IMG/VR virus record: IMGVR_UViG_3300032243_000867
Location: 96,001-160,000 of that record
DNA: 64,000 bases
Origin: a virus
Taxonomy: Duplodnaviria > Caudoviricetes
Direction: 5' to 3' (one strand)
The notes under the pieces are model-generated. The model made no database searches, had not been told where the DNA came from, and worked only from the letters and a program-made list of their open reading frames with translations. Below, in pieces: positions 52,612 through 61,461 of the stretch; position 1 is the stretch's first letter; every line of letters starts with the position of its first letter. Made by a program: the position numbers and the translations under genes.

Positions 52612-53409
52612 ATGGCAACCAACCAAGACACAAACGTATCGAACGGCTCGCAGGGCAGTTCGTACCTGTACAACTACGGCACCTCTCCGAACACTCGTAC
52701 GGCGGTGTCCCAGAAGGTCCGCATTCTCGCGCCCGTCTTCGGGGCTCGGGAGCCCGCCCTCTACCAGATGGGCGTGGTGAGTTCGTTCAGCCCGTCGAAC
52801 AGCCGCACGGTGGAATCAATCCGTGGTATCGGCTACGGCGACAAGATCGCGGAGCTCGTGCCCAGCATCACCGCTGAGGTGACGGCGAGCCTGGAGCGCG
52901 CCCTGTTGTATCTGTCGAACATCTGCCAAGCCGTGGGCTACGCGGGGGGCGTGGACGGCCCGGTGCGCTCCCTCGCCCATCACCGCTGGCCGTTCGACAT
53001 CGAGATGCAGTTGGTGTTCTCGTCCCTCGCGGACCAAGACCTCGGCGTTGCGAACGCGGGCGTGGAACCTCCGGGCCTCCCCTCCACCGGGGGTCAAGGA
53101 ACCAAGCGCGTTCAGTACCCGAACCTCGGTTACAGCACGGGTCCGTATCCGAACCCTCCCGGTCACTCGGCCATCATCACGATGTACGAGGCGTGCTGGA
53201 TGACCTCGTGGGGCGTGTCGGGCTACTCCAAGGACTCGGGCCAGATCATGGAAACCGCTGAAGTCATGGTGTCCGACGTTCACGACTTCGCCTCGCAGTA
53301 CGGCGAGTTCCTGCCCACGGGCAATGACCCCACGGCGGGCCAGCTTGGTTCGATCCGGTACGGGAGTGCTCCCCGCGTCGCTGCCTCCACTGGCGGGGCC
53401 TTCGTCTGA
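52612..53409 (+). CDS. Tail tube protein
   Basis: Follows the sheath. SRTVESIRGIG...AELVPS...LERALLY...WPFDI...YEACWMTSW pattern. Confidence 0.8.
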   Translation: MATNQDTNVSNGSQGSSYLYNYGTSPNTRTAVSQKVRILAPVFGAREPALYQMGVVSSFSPSNSRTVESIRGIGYGDKIAELVPSITAEVTASLERALLYLSNICQAVGYAGGVDGPVRSLAHHRWPFDIEMQLVFSSLADQDLGVANAGVEPPGLPSTGGQGTKRVQYPNLGYSTGPYPNPPGHSAIITMYEACWMTSWGVSGYSKDSGQIMETAEVMVSDVHDFASQYGEFLPTGNDPTAGQLGSIRYGSAPRVAASTGGAFV

Positions 53410-53492
53410 TCCTGGATCGCCCCTTCTGACGGTAAGGTGAGGCGCGGTGCGGGAGGGTTCCCGCCCGCGCCTTTCCTATTGGAGACACCGCC

Positions 53493-54623
53493 GTGACCCT
53501 TTCGATCAAAGACCTTCAGAGCATCATGGCCCCGCTGACGGAACTCGGTCGCGGCGAGGCTACGTTCGAGGTGGGGGGTCTCTCGATCACCCTTCGTACC
53601 CTCACCCCCGAGGAGGAGATCGCGACTCAGCGGTACGCGCGCGGCGCTCTCACGGACGGGGATTCCAACGATCAGATCAACGCCCTGGACTACCTCGACC
53701 GTTTTCGGGCGTCGTGTCTCGGGTACTCAATCGTACAGATCGGGGACACGGACTTCCGGGGGGTGACCACCATCGAGACGGGTGAGAAGCTCCCGAACGG
53801 CGTGGCCGTCAAGGTGAAGAAGCACGAAGCTCTCATGAAGGTGACCGAGTCCTGGTCCCGCGTGATGGTTACCACTCTCTTCCAGCGGTTCACCTCCTTG
53901 ATGGAGAAGGTGGAGTCGGGGATCGAGAAGACCCTGAAGTACGACGACGATCACATCGACGCGGAGATTTCCCGGCTGGAGGAGAAGCTCAACGAGCTCA
54001 AGTCCGCGAAGTCGAAGCGTGACGTATCGAAGTCGGACCCCCGCGACAACGCCCTCAACGTCGCCTCCGAGAAGCCCCTCAAGGCTTCCCCGAAGCCCTC
54101 GGAGCCCGAAGCCCCGGCCCCGAAGGAGACGTGGGAGACGGCGCACGGGAACCGCGCCGCAACCGAGAGCCCGGAGGTTCTGGAGCCCCCGGCGGACATC
54201 CCCCGGTCCCTTGCTTCCGACGACGAAACCGCCCCGGCGAGAGCAGAAGCCCCTACCCCAGCGGCCCGAAAGCCTGTTTTCGGGGATCGCCCGAAGCCCC
54301 GCGAGGTTTCCCCGGCCACGGAGGAAACGGACCCCTTGGAGGGGGTTCAGTCTTCTCTGGTGGATACCAGCGACCCCGCCGTGATCGACGCGGAGAATCG
54401 CCGGTTGATGGCGGAGCGGGCGAAGCGCCTCGCCCCCGTACCGCCCCACATGGCCGCGCGCGAAGTCGCCAAGGCGGTGGAGCAAGCAGGGTCAATCGAC
54501 GGCGTGCCCGTGTTCAAGATGCCCGTTCAGGAGCTCAACCCTGACACGGCCCAGAGGCCCGCTCGCACGCCCCCGCCCGTAGCGAAGTCGAACATCAACC
54601 CCAACTTCCGTCCCGCGAAGTAG
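53493..54623 (+). CDS. Tail assembly chaperone
   Basis: Between tube and tape measure. ITLRTLTPEEE motif followed by a long disordered tail. Confidence 0.65.
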   Translation: MTLSIKDLQSIMAPLTELGRGEATFEVGGLSITLRTLTPEEEIATQRYARGALTDGDSNDQINALDYLDRFRASCLGYSIVQIGDTDFRGVTTIETGEKLPNGVAVKVKKHEALMKVTESWSRVMVTTLFQRFTSLMEKVESGIEKTLKYDDDHIDAEISRLEEKLNELKSAKSKRDVSKSDPRDNALNVASEKPLKASPKPSEPEAPAPKETWETAHGNRAATESPEVLEPPADIPRSLASDDETAPARAEAPTPAARKPVFGDRPKPREVSPATEETDPLEGVQSSLVDTSDPAVIDAENRRLMAERAKRLAPVPPHMAAREVAKAVEQAGSIDGVPVFKMPVQELNPDTAQRPARTPPPVAKSNINPNFRPAK

Positions 54624-54637
54624 GGGGATGATAAGCC

Positions 54638-55810
54638 GTGACCGAACGCACGGCGATGTACGACGACCTCGTGCGCCTCCTGGTGCCGGGGTTTCTCACC
54701 TGTTCAATTGAGCAGGACGGGCATCGTTTCACCCTCCGGTCCCTCTCCCAAGGCGACCTTCAGTACCTTCGGCAGTTCGTCCGCGACGACGATCACAGTT
54801 GGAGAGTACACCTCGCCGCCCACAGCCTGTGGATGGTGGACGGGTTGCCGTTTCTAGGCAATCCGTTCTCCCATCGCGTCGCCTATGACCTCATCCTTCG
54901 CAGCAACCGCCCTCTTCTATGGGCGATGCTCGGGGCGGCTTACGGGTTCTTCTCTCGGATGCGGGAGGCGAACCGATACCTCGAAGCCTACTTGTATGAG
55001 GACGATTCGCGCCGCCTTTGGAAGAATACGGGAAGCGGTTTGTATTCCCTGCAAAAGATGGCTTCGATACCGGGGGTCGAGTCTCTCGGGATGAACCAGT
55101 GGCAGACTTCGTGGGTGGCGTGGAACCGCCTAGAAGACGAGCGCGACCACCAAGAGTACCTCTGGTCGAACACGAAGGTGCTCGTGTCCCTTCAGTCCCA
55201 CAAGGGCTACGAGAGCCTCAACAACCGTGACCGCCAACGGCACCAGACGGAAGAAGAGCGCCGCGTGGCCGTGCAGGAGCGCGCCGCCCATAGGTTCCAA
55301 TACGGCGATCCCGAGGAGGACCCGACGAAGCCCCCGGCGGAGACGGTGCGGCGGGCGCGCACGAACGACGAGCTAGAAGACGAGATGCGCCGCTGGGTCG
55401 CGGGCGAGCTAGACTGGCACGACCAGATCGTGGAGAACTACAAGAACCGCATCCGAGAGCAGCAAGAGGAACGCGAGCGCCAGAAGGAGGCTATCATGGC
55501 CGAACTTCGGGCACAGCGCGAACAACAGGAGCGGGACCTAGGCGTTCCGAAGCCCGTCCTCCGCGGCATCACCCCAGAGGAGATGGCCCGCATACGGCAG
55601 GAATCTCCCACCACGGGGGCGAAGCACATCGTCGAGGCTGATCCGGTATCCCGTACTTTCAACCGCTATCTACGGCCCGACGTGCAACCCGGAAACCTCA
55701 GCGTAGACGCCGCTGGAAGAATCGTGGAGAAGCCCCCCGCCATTCCCGAACGGGAAGGGGGCTCTCTATCGGACCAAGTAGCATCCCGAAGGGTGGTTCT
55801 CGATGGCTAA
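54638..55810 (+). CDS. Second tail assembly chaperone-like protein
   Basis: FTLRSLSQGD motif. Directly precedes the tape measure. Confidence 0.55.
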   Translation: MTERTAMYDDLVRLLVPGFLTCSIEQDGHRFTLRSLSQGDLQYLRQFVRDDDHSWRVHLAAHSLWMVDGLPFLGNPFSHRVAYDLILRSNRPLLWAMLGAAYGFFSRMREANRYLEAYLYEDDSRRLWKNTGSGLYSLQKMASIPGVESLGMNQWQTSWVAWNRLEDERDHQEYLWSNTKVLVSLQSHKGYESLNNRDRQRHQTEEERRVAVQERAAHRFQYGDPEEDPTKPPAETVRRARTNDELEDEMRRWVAGELDWHDQIVENYKNRIREQQEERERQKEAIMAELRAQREQQERDLGVPKPVLRGITPEEMARIRQESPTTGAKHIVEADPVSRTFNRYLRPDVQPGNLSVDAAGRIVEKPPAIPEREGGSLSDQVASRRVVLDG

Positions 55811-58800
55811 CAAGACCATCTACACCGTAGACCTGAACTTCAAGAACGCCACGAAGGCGGCTGACGAGTTCGCGTCGAAGCTCGACAGCGCGATCTCCGA
55901 CGCGCTGAAGCAGAACCGTGGCTTCACGGGGCTGATTCAGGGCTTCAATAATATCAACGAGAAACAAGAGAAATTCCACAAGAAGCAGAAGCAGTACGCG
56001 CTCCAGGAGGCCATCCGTCAGAAGAGGGACGCCGGAGAGCTCACCTCTCACTACAAAGACCTTATCAAGAAGATCGGTGAGGTCGACGCGGGGCTATCCG
56101 GGGTCCGCGACACGAGCTCTCTGGCCTACAAGGAGCTCAAGAAGCAGAAGGACGAGCTCGAAGAGCAGAAGAATCTGTCCGAGCAGATCCGCGACAACTT
56201 CGAGGACTTCGAGGCTACTCACCAAAGGCTCGCCAAGGATCTCGTAAAGGACACCAAGAACTACGAGAAGATGGCGAGGAATATCGCCGTCTCTGCCGAG
56301 TCCGCGAAGGAAATCCGCGACGCTTTCAACAGTCTGAAAGACCCCTCGAAGCTCGCCGAGGGCATGGAGGGTGCTGCGGAACGCATGGGGGAGGCGTTCA
56401 AGGACGGCATCGACGTTCAGGCCCTTTCCCGCGATCTGGGAAAGGGGCTGGCGAAGGGGATCAGCACGGCCACGAAGGCCATGTCGGGTGGCAGCGGCGC
56501 GATCATGGCGGTGGGCGGTGCCATCGCGGGGGTCGTCGCGGGGTTGGGGATTCTTCTCGCGGCGTTCATCGCCGTGGACAAGAAGGTCAAGGAGTTCAAC
56601 AAGGGCATCATCAGGTCCCACGGCGCGCTATCCCTGATGCGCTTGGGCGGCGGTGACCTCAACAAGGGTCTCCAGGTTGTCAAGCACACGGTGATGGACC
56701 TCACGGGGACTCTCGGTCTCAGCGAGCAAGAAGCTACCGACCTTCTCGACACTCTCGACAAGGGGGGCCTCACCTTTAGCCGTCTTACGCAGGGGGCTCG
56801 AAACGCGACGCAACAGCAGGAGATGCTGACCCAGTCTTTGCGGGATATCAACGCAATCGCGGGCGCGTCGGGGGTGAGCCTCTCGGAATACACGGACAAC
56901 CTCACGAACTACGTCAACGACCTGGCAATGTCCACCCAGACGGTGAACGACAGCTTCGCGTCCATCGCCTCCATGGCTAGCGAAAGCGCCTTCGGTACCC
57001 GCCGTTTTTACTCCATGGTGGTGCAAGCTACGGCGGGTCAAGCCTCGCTGAACACCCGCCTAGAGGACACGGGAGACCTCCTCCTGCGGATGTCCAAGAT
57101 TCTAGGGGCGAAGAAGGCTACAGAAGTGGTCGCCGGGGCCAAGTTGTCGGACAAGTCCACGGCGGACCTCACCAAGATGGTCATTCAGTCCAAGGGCGGG
57201 ATGCGCCGCGTCATCGAACAAGAAGCCCGGACCTCGGCAGGGAACCTCTCCCGTCAAGCGTACGGCGGGGGTAGCGGAGCCGCCGCCGGGGGGGAGGGTT
57301 CCGCCGTCGCCCGGGCCTTGAAAGCGGCCCACTTGGGGACGGATATCGCCCGTGCGATGGAACAGGCCGGTATTTCCGGGGATAGCTCGCAATTGATCAA
57401 CCTCATCAAGGATATGAACCCTCAAGCCCAAGCGGACGCCATCACCGCGATGACCAGTAGCTCCGACCTGGGGGTTCAGCAAACGGGCCAACAGTTGCAG
57501 CAGTTGGTTAGGAATGTTCGCGGCATGACCGGAGGCATCGGGGCACAGACCGAGGCGATGGCTAACTTCGGTCCCCGCGGGTCCATCATGGCCGTCCTCG
57601 CGGCTACGAGGGGCACTATCGGGGACTTGATGAACCAGGACGGCGAGATCAGCGAAGCTAACCTAATAGCGTTGGAAAACGTATCCGGGTACAGCCGCGA
57701 GCAGGTTCAGTCGATGCGCGCGGTCCTAAGCGCGAACGAGGCAACCTGGCGCACGATGAAAAGTATTCAGGCTCAAGGCCGCGCGCAGACTGCCGAGGAG
57801 AAAATCGCGTCTGCCCGGGCCAACGGGGCCATCGTGGACAACGGCCATATCTTTCAAGCCAGCGTCGATTCCATGGGAAGATTGATCACCGGGGCAGAGC
57901 TCCGTAACGCCCAGGAGATGTTTTCCAATCAGAACACGGCCCTCGCCGCCGATGGCGAGGCCACGCGCACGGCGCAGGACATAGCGCAGGACACGATGAA
58001 CGCGACCGTGTCGGTCGCAGACATCCTGGAGAACAAGATCGCCCGCGTGATGCAGAGCCTGTACGAGTTGGTCGAGGGTCCGCTCATAGATGCTCTAACT
58101 TGGATTATGGACAAGATGGGCATCACCACAGGGACGAAGGGGCAAACCCTTCGCGAACGGAGGGACACCTCCCGCGCCATCGACGAGAGAATTCAAGAGA
58201 TCCAAGACGCGAAGAAGCGTACCGCATCTAATATCGCGAGACAGCGGGGAATTATCCAAAGTGAGACCGCTACGCCTGATCAGAAGGTCGCGGCGCGTCA
58301 AGAAATACAACGCTTGCAACAGGAAGCCGCCGGTCGTCAAGACGACGTTAGAATTCAAGCCTTGACCGAAGCTCGGGGTCGGGTTCGTTCTGGCACTAAC
58401 ACCTACGACACAAGGCGATTTGAGGTGCGTGGGGCTTTCTTCAATACCAGAGAAGAGGCTTTGGCCGAAGAGGCTAGGAGAAACCGTGCGGGAACCCTAG
58501 GTTCAGTAGGGGCTGCGGGTCATGCTGTAAGAGAGGTGCAAATGACCGCAGAACAAACGGTCGCTCGTATCCTTCAGCGCGCGGTCGGTACCGCTCCCGC
58601 AGCGGGTACCGCTCCCGCACGTACCGTTGGTCAAGGCGTTCTAGCACCGGGTGCCGCCCCCGGTGCAGGTGGCGCGGCCCCTGCCGCTACGGCCACCCCG
58701 GCACCCCCGACGCCCCAACACGCAGAGGCGGCGAACGCGCCCACTGTGGAAGCCGTGGTCGAGGCCCACGAGGACGCGCAAGCTAACAACCAACGTCAAC

Positions 58801-59327
58801 GCCGAGAAACGCGCCAGCGGCACCAAGAAAGTCAGGCGTTGCTGAAGGAGTTGACGGGCAGAAAACTCGGTGATCAGCTTGCGATAAGCGCCCTACCCAT
58901 GGCCATCGCTGAGGCTGACGCGAAGATGCGAGTTCTTGAGGGAATCTACAAGGCGGGCGGGCGTGTGGACAACACTGTGGTCGAGGCCCTTATGGCGGGT
59001 ACGGCTACCTCGGCTCAAACAACCCTAGCGGGGGAGGGGTCAAATGCGGCTAAGGCTTTGCGATACCTCAACCTCACGGCGGGCGCGGACGATTTCGTCT
59101 ATCGGAGCAGCGGGGGTCAGTCTTCCCTCACCCCGATCAACCGCGAGGACCAACTAGTCGGGATGAAGCCCGGTGGCCCCATCGCCAACGCGACGGGGCG
59201 CGGCACGGGCGGGAACGTGAACATCTCGATCAACGGTGGTGACGAGCGCCGGGTGTTCGAGGTGGTGCGCCGCGCGATTCAGCAAGCTGGCATCACCCCT
59301 AACCGCGTACCGTCTGGGGCTACCTGA
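55803..59327 (+). CDS. Tape measure protein
   Basis: 1174 aa, helical and Ala/Gly-rich, with a hydrophobic GxxxG segment. C-terminal DDFV...GGP..NINGGDE pattern. Confidence 0.85.
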   Translation: MANKTIYTVDLNFKNATKAADEFASKLDSAISDALKQNRGFTGLIQGFNNINEKQEKFHKKQKQYALQEAIRQKRDAGELTSHYKDLIKKIGEVDAGLSGVRDTSSLAYKELKKQKDELEEQKNLSEQIRDNFEDFEATHQRLAKDLVKDTKNYEKMARNIAVSAESAKEIRDAFNSLKDPSKLAEGMEGAAERMGEAFKDGIDVQALSRDLGKGLAKGISTATKAMSGGSGAIMAVGGAIAGVVAGLGILLAAFIAVDKKVKEFNKGIIRSHGALSLMRLGGGDLNKGLQVVKHTVMDLTGTLGLSEQEATDLLDTLDKGGLTFSRLTQGARNATQQQEMLTQSLRDINAIAGASGVSLSEYTDNLTNYVNDLAMSTQTVNDSFASIASMASESAFGTRRFYSMVVQATAGQASLNTRLEDTGDLLLRMSKILGAKKATEVVAGAKLSDKSTADLTKMVIQSKGGMRRVIEQEARTSAGNLSRQAYGGGSGAAAGGEGSAVARALKAAHLGTDIARAMEQAGISGDSSQLINLIKDMNPQAQADAITAMTSSSDLGVQQTGQQLQQLVRNVRGMTGGIGAQTEAMANFGPRGSIMAVLAATRGTIGDLMNQDGEISEANLIALENVSGYSREQVQSMRAVLSANEATWRTMKSIQAQGRAQTAEEKIASARANGAIVDNGHIFQASVDSMGRLITGAELRNAQEMFSNQNTALAADGEATRTAQDIAQDTMNATVSVADILENKIARVMQSLYELVEGPLIDALTWIMDKMGITTGTKGQTLRERRDTSRAIDERIQEIQDAKKRTASNIARQRGIIQSETATPDQKVAARQEIQRLQQEAAGRQDDVRIQALTEARGRVRSGTNTYDTRRFEVRGAFFNTREEALAEEARRNRAGTLGSVGAAGHAVREVQMTAEQTVARILQRAVGTAPAAGTAPARTVGQGVLAPGAAPGAGGAAPAATATPAPPTPQHAEAANAPTVEAVVEAHEDAQANNQRQRRETRQRHQESQALLKELTGRKLGDQLAISALPMAIAEADAKMRVLEGIYKAGGRVDNTVVEALMAGTATSAQTTLAGEGSNAAKALRYLNLTAGADDFVYRSSGGQSSLTPINREDQLVGMKPGGPIANATGRGTGGNVNISINGGDERRVFEVVRRAIQQAGITPNRVPSGAT

Positions 59328-60205
59328 TGCCCAGCCAGTACCAGATCAAGTCGGCGTTTCAGTCTCCCCTCGACGAGTTCGACGGCAGCGGGAAACGTCC
59401 CGTCGTGTTTGACATCATCGGCCCGGACCGAGTGACCTCTCTTCTCCCGCCCGATTTGAAAATGGTGCTGCACGTCAACCCCACCTCCATGGGGTTCACC
59501 TACGCGAAGACCATCTCGCGGCAACAGACCATGCGGGGCTTCGTTGAGTACCACTGGGGAAGCAACCCCACGGAGATCGCCTTCTCGATGGCCACGGGCG
59601 GGTTCGTCCGCTTGTACTCGGGGCTGTCGAACGTCACCGGGCCTACCCCGTCGAACGGCGATCTTCCCAAGAATATGCAGGCGGTGTCTACGGGCGGCAC
59701 GCGCCGAGAGACCATCGCGTACGACAAGTACCTAGATATGCTGGCCCTGTTTCACAACAACGGGGCCATCTACGACAGTAACGGCGTCATCGCCTTCCAG
59801 GGACAGATTCTCTGCACCTACGATGGGGGTTCATGGTGGGGCTGGTTCACGACCTTCTCGGTCGAGGAGTCCGCCGAGAAGCCCTATCAGTTCACCCTCA
59901 ATGCCAGCTTCACGGTCGAGCGAGAGCTCCATCGGGTGAAGTCCATGTACGTTCCGCCCGCCACCGCGCGCGGGCCGTCCAGCACCGGACCTACGGGGAA
60001 TGGTACGACTGCGGCGAACGGCGCGGCGGCGACGGCGGGCACCCCGGGGGCCAGTACGAACCCCGTTCGTGAACCCCCACCGTTCACAGCCGAGGACGCT
60101 TGGATTTCCTCCAAGCAGTCCGCACGGGACATCGAGTTCACGCTCGAAACAACGTCCGAAGGCCCCATCCGCGCCCCGGCACCGAGAAGCCCTAGGAGGA
60201 GGTAA
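59327..60205 (+). CDS. Baseplate tube-initiator-like protein 1
   Basis: LHVNPTSM...HWG...FTTFSVEESAEKPYQFTL.ASFTV, a tube-like fold located after the TMP. Confidence 0.65.
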   Translation: MPSQYQIKSAFQSPLDEFDGSGKRPVVFDIIGPDRVTSLLPPDLKMVLHVNPTSMGFTYAKTISRQQTMRGFVEYHWGSNPTEIAFSMATGGFVRLYSGLSNVTGPTPSNGDLPKNMQAVSTGGTRRETIAYDKYLDMLALFHNNGAIYDSNGVIAFQGQILCTYDGGSWWGWFTTFSVEESAEKPYQFTLNASFTVERELHRVKSMYVPPATARGPSSTGPTGNGTTAANGAAATAGTPGASTNPVREPPPFTAEDAWISSKQSARDIEFTLETTSEGPIRAPAPRSPRRR

Positions 60206-60207
60206 CG

Positions 60208-61461
60208 ATGCCGCCGAAGCCCGTACAAGCTCCCGCTTCGTTCGCGGGAATCCCGAACGTGTTGAGCGGCCCGGTCGGCCCGAACTTCGCCCGCGAGATC
60301 GAGATTCAAGAAGGGGTCGCTATCGACGGCTCCGACCGGACGCCCCGTACCTACTCGCCGTTTCTCATTCGGGTTCTTCTCCCAGACGCTATCGGGGGCG
60401 ACCAGAACACGACCATCTCGACGCAGAGAAATCCCGACCGGGCTCCTCCGAGTTCGACCGTTCGCTCGGACAACCGCGACGGGTATACCTACTCTCAAGG
60501 TCAGAACAGCGCCCGCGTGAACCCCTCGGGAGCCCCTGCGTATGCCCGTCTGGTGAATACCGGGGAAGCCGTGCCGGGGTTGACCGAGGCGTCATCCCGG
60601 TCCCTGGAGGACGCTTACAACCAGGCCACGTTTCAGCAGGTCTTCGGCGGAGAGGTTCAGAACGTCACCCGCGCCCCGGCTAACACCCGTACCAACAACG
60701 TCACCCCGGCGATCACCAACGACACGACGGCGCTATCCATGGCGTTGCAGTTGAAACAACTGTCGGAAGTGCCCCCGTTGCTCATGCTCATCAACCCGTC
60801 GTCGATGAAGATCGACTACACGAAGGTGGCGCAGTTTCAGAACCGCAACCGCTTCGGGTACGTCTACGAAGCGTGGGGCGAGGAGATGCCCAAGCTCTCG
60901 TTCACCTTCAAAATCGGCGCGTACACGGCGGGCCTTCAGAACGTCTCCCAACAGGGAACCGCGGTGTCCGGGGTGCAGCGGGCTTCGCGCAACGACAGTG
61001 CGGCGTACCAACAACTGATGACCCTTCTTACGATGTTCCAAGGAGCAACGTACATCCAGGACACCGTCACGAACACCCGTGCGTTCTGGATGGTCGGCAA
61101 CCTCGCTATCGAGTACGACCAGATGGTGTACGTCGGGCACATGGAGAACTTCAGCTTCACGGATGATGAGCAGCACCCGCACGGCGGTCTGGAAATCTCC
61201 ATCGACTTCGTGGCCAACCGCATCTACGACGCGGCGGATACCCCCGGAGAGATAACCGCGATGAGCGGGCCGGAAACCCGTACCCGTTCGCGCGGGACTC
61301 TTCTTCGGGGGGGCTCCGGTACGAGTGCTTCGTTCTTCACGCTTCCGGGCGTCGGCGGCACGAGCCCCGTATCAGGCACGGTGAACCGGGCTTGGGAGAG
61401 CGCGGCGGGAGCTACGGCGGGATCTAGTGTGGTCGCCGTGTCGGATACTCGGAGGCGCTGA
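60208..61461 (+). CDS. Baseplate tube-initiator-like protein 2 (paralog)
   Basis: LINPSSM...EAWGE...YVGHMENFSFTDDE..P..LEISIDF parallels the previous gene. Confidence 0.6.
   Translation: MPPKPVQAPASFAGIPNVLSGPVGPNFAREIEIQEGVAIDGSDRTPRTYSPFLIRVLLPDAIGGDQNTTISTQRNPDRAPPSSTVRSDNRDGYTYSQGQNSARVNPSGAPAYARLVNTGEAVPGLTEASSRSLEDAYNQATFQQVFGGEVQNVTRAPANTRTNNVTPAITNDTTALSMALQLKQLSEVPPLLMLINPSSMKIDYTKVAQFQNRNRFGYVYEAWGEEMPKLSFTFKIGAYTAGLQNVSQQGTAVSGVQRASRNDSAAYQQLMTLLTMFQGATYIQDTVTNTRAFWMVGNLAIEYDQMVYVGHMENFSFTDDEQHPHGGLEISIDFVANRIYDAADTPGEITAMSGPETRTRSRGTLLRGGSGTSASFFTLPGVGGTSPVSGTVNRAWESAAGATAGSSVVAVSDTRRR

Noticed and set aside
54595-54640. Programmed -1 frameshift joining the two tail chaperones
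   Set aside because: The downstream ORF is in the -1 frame, but an in-frame TGA at 54629-54631 blocks read-through, and no clear slippery heptamer was seen.
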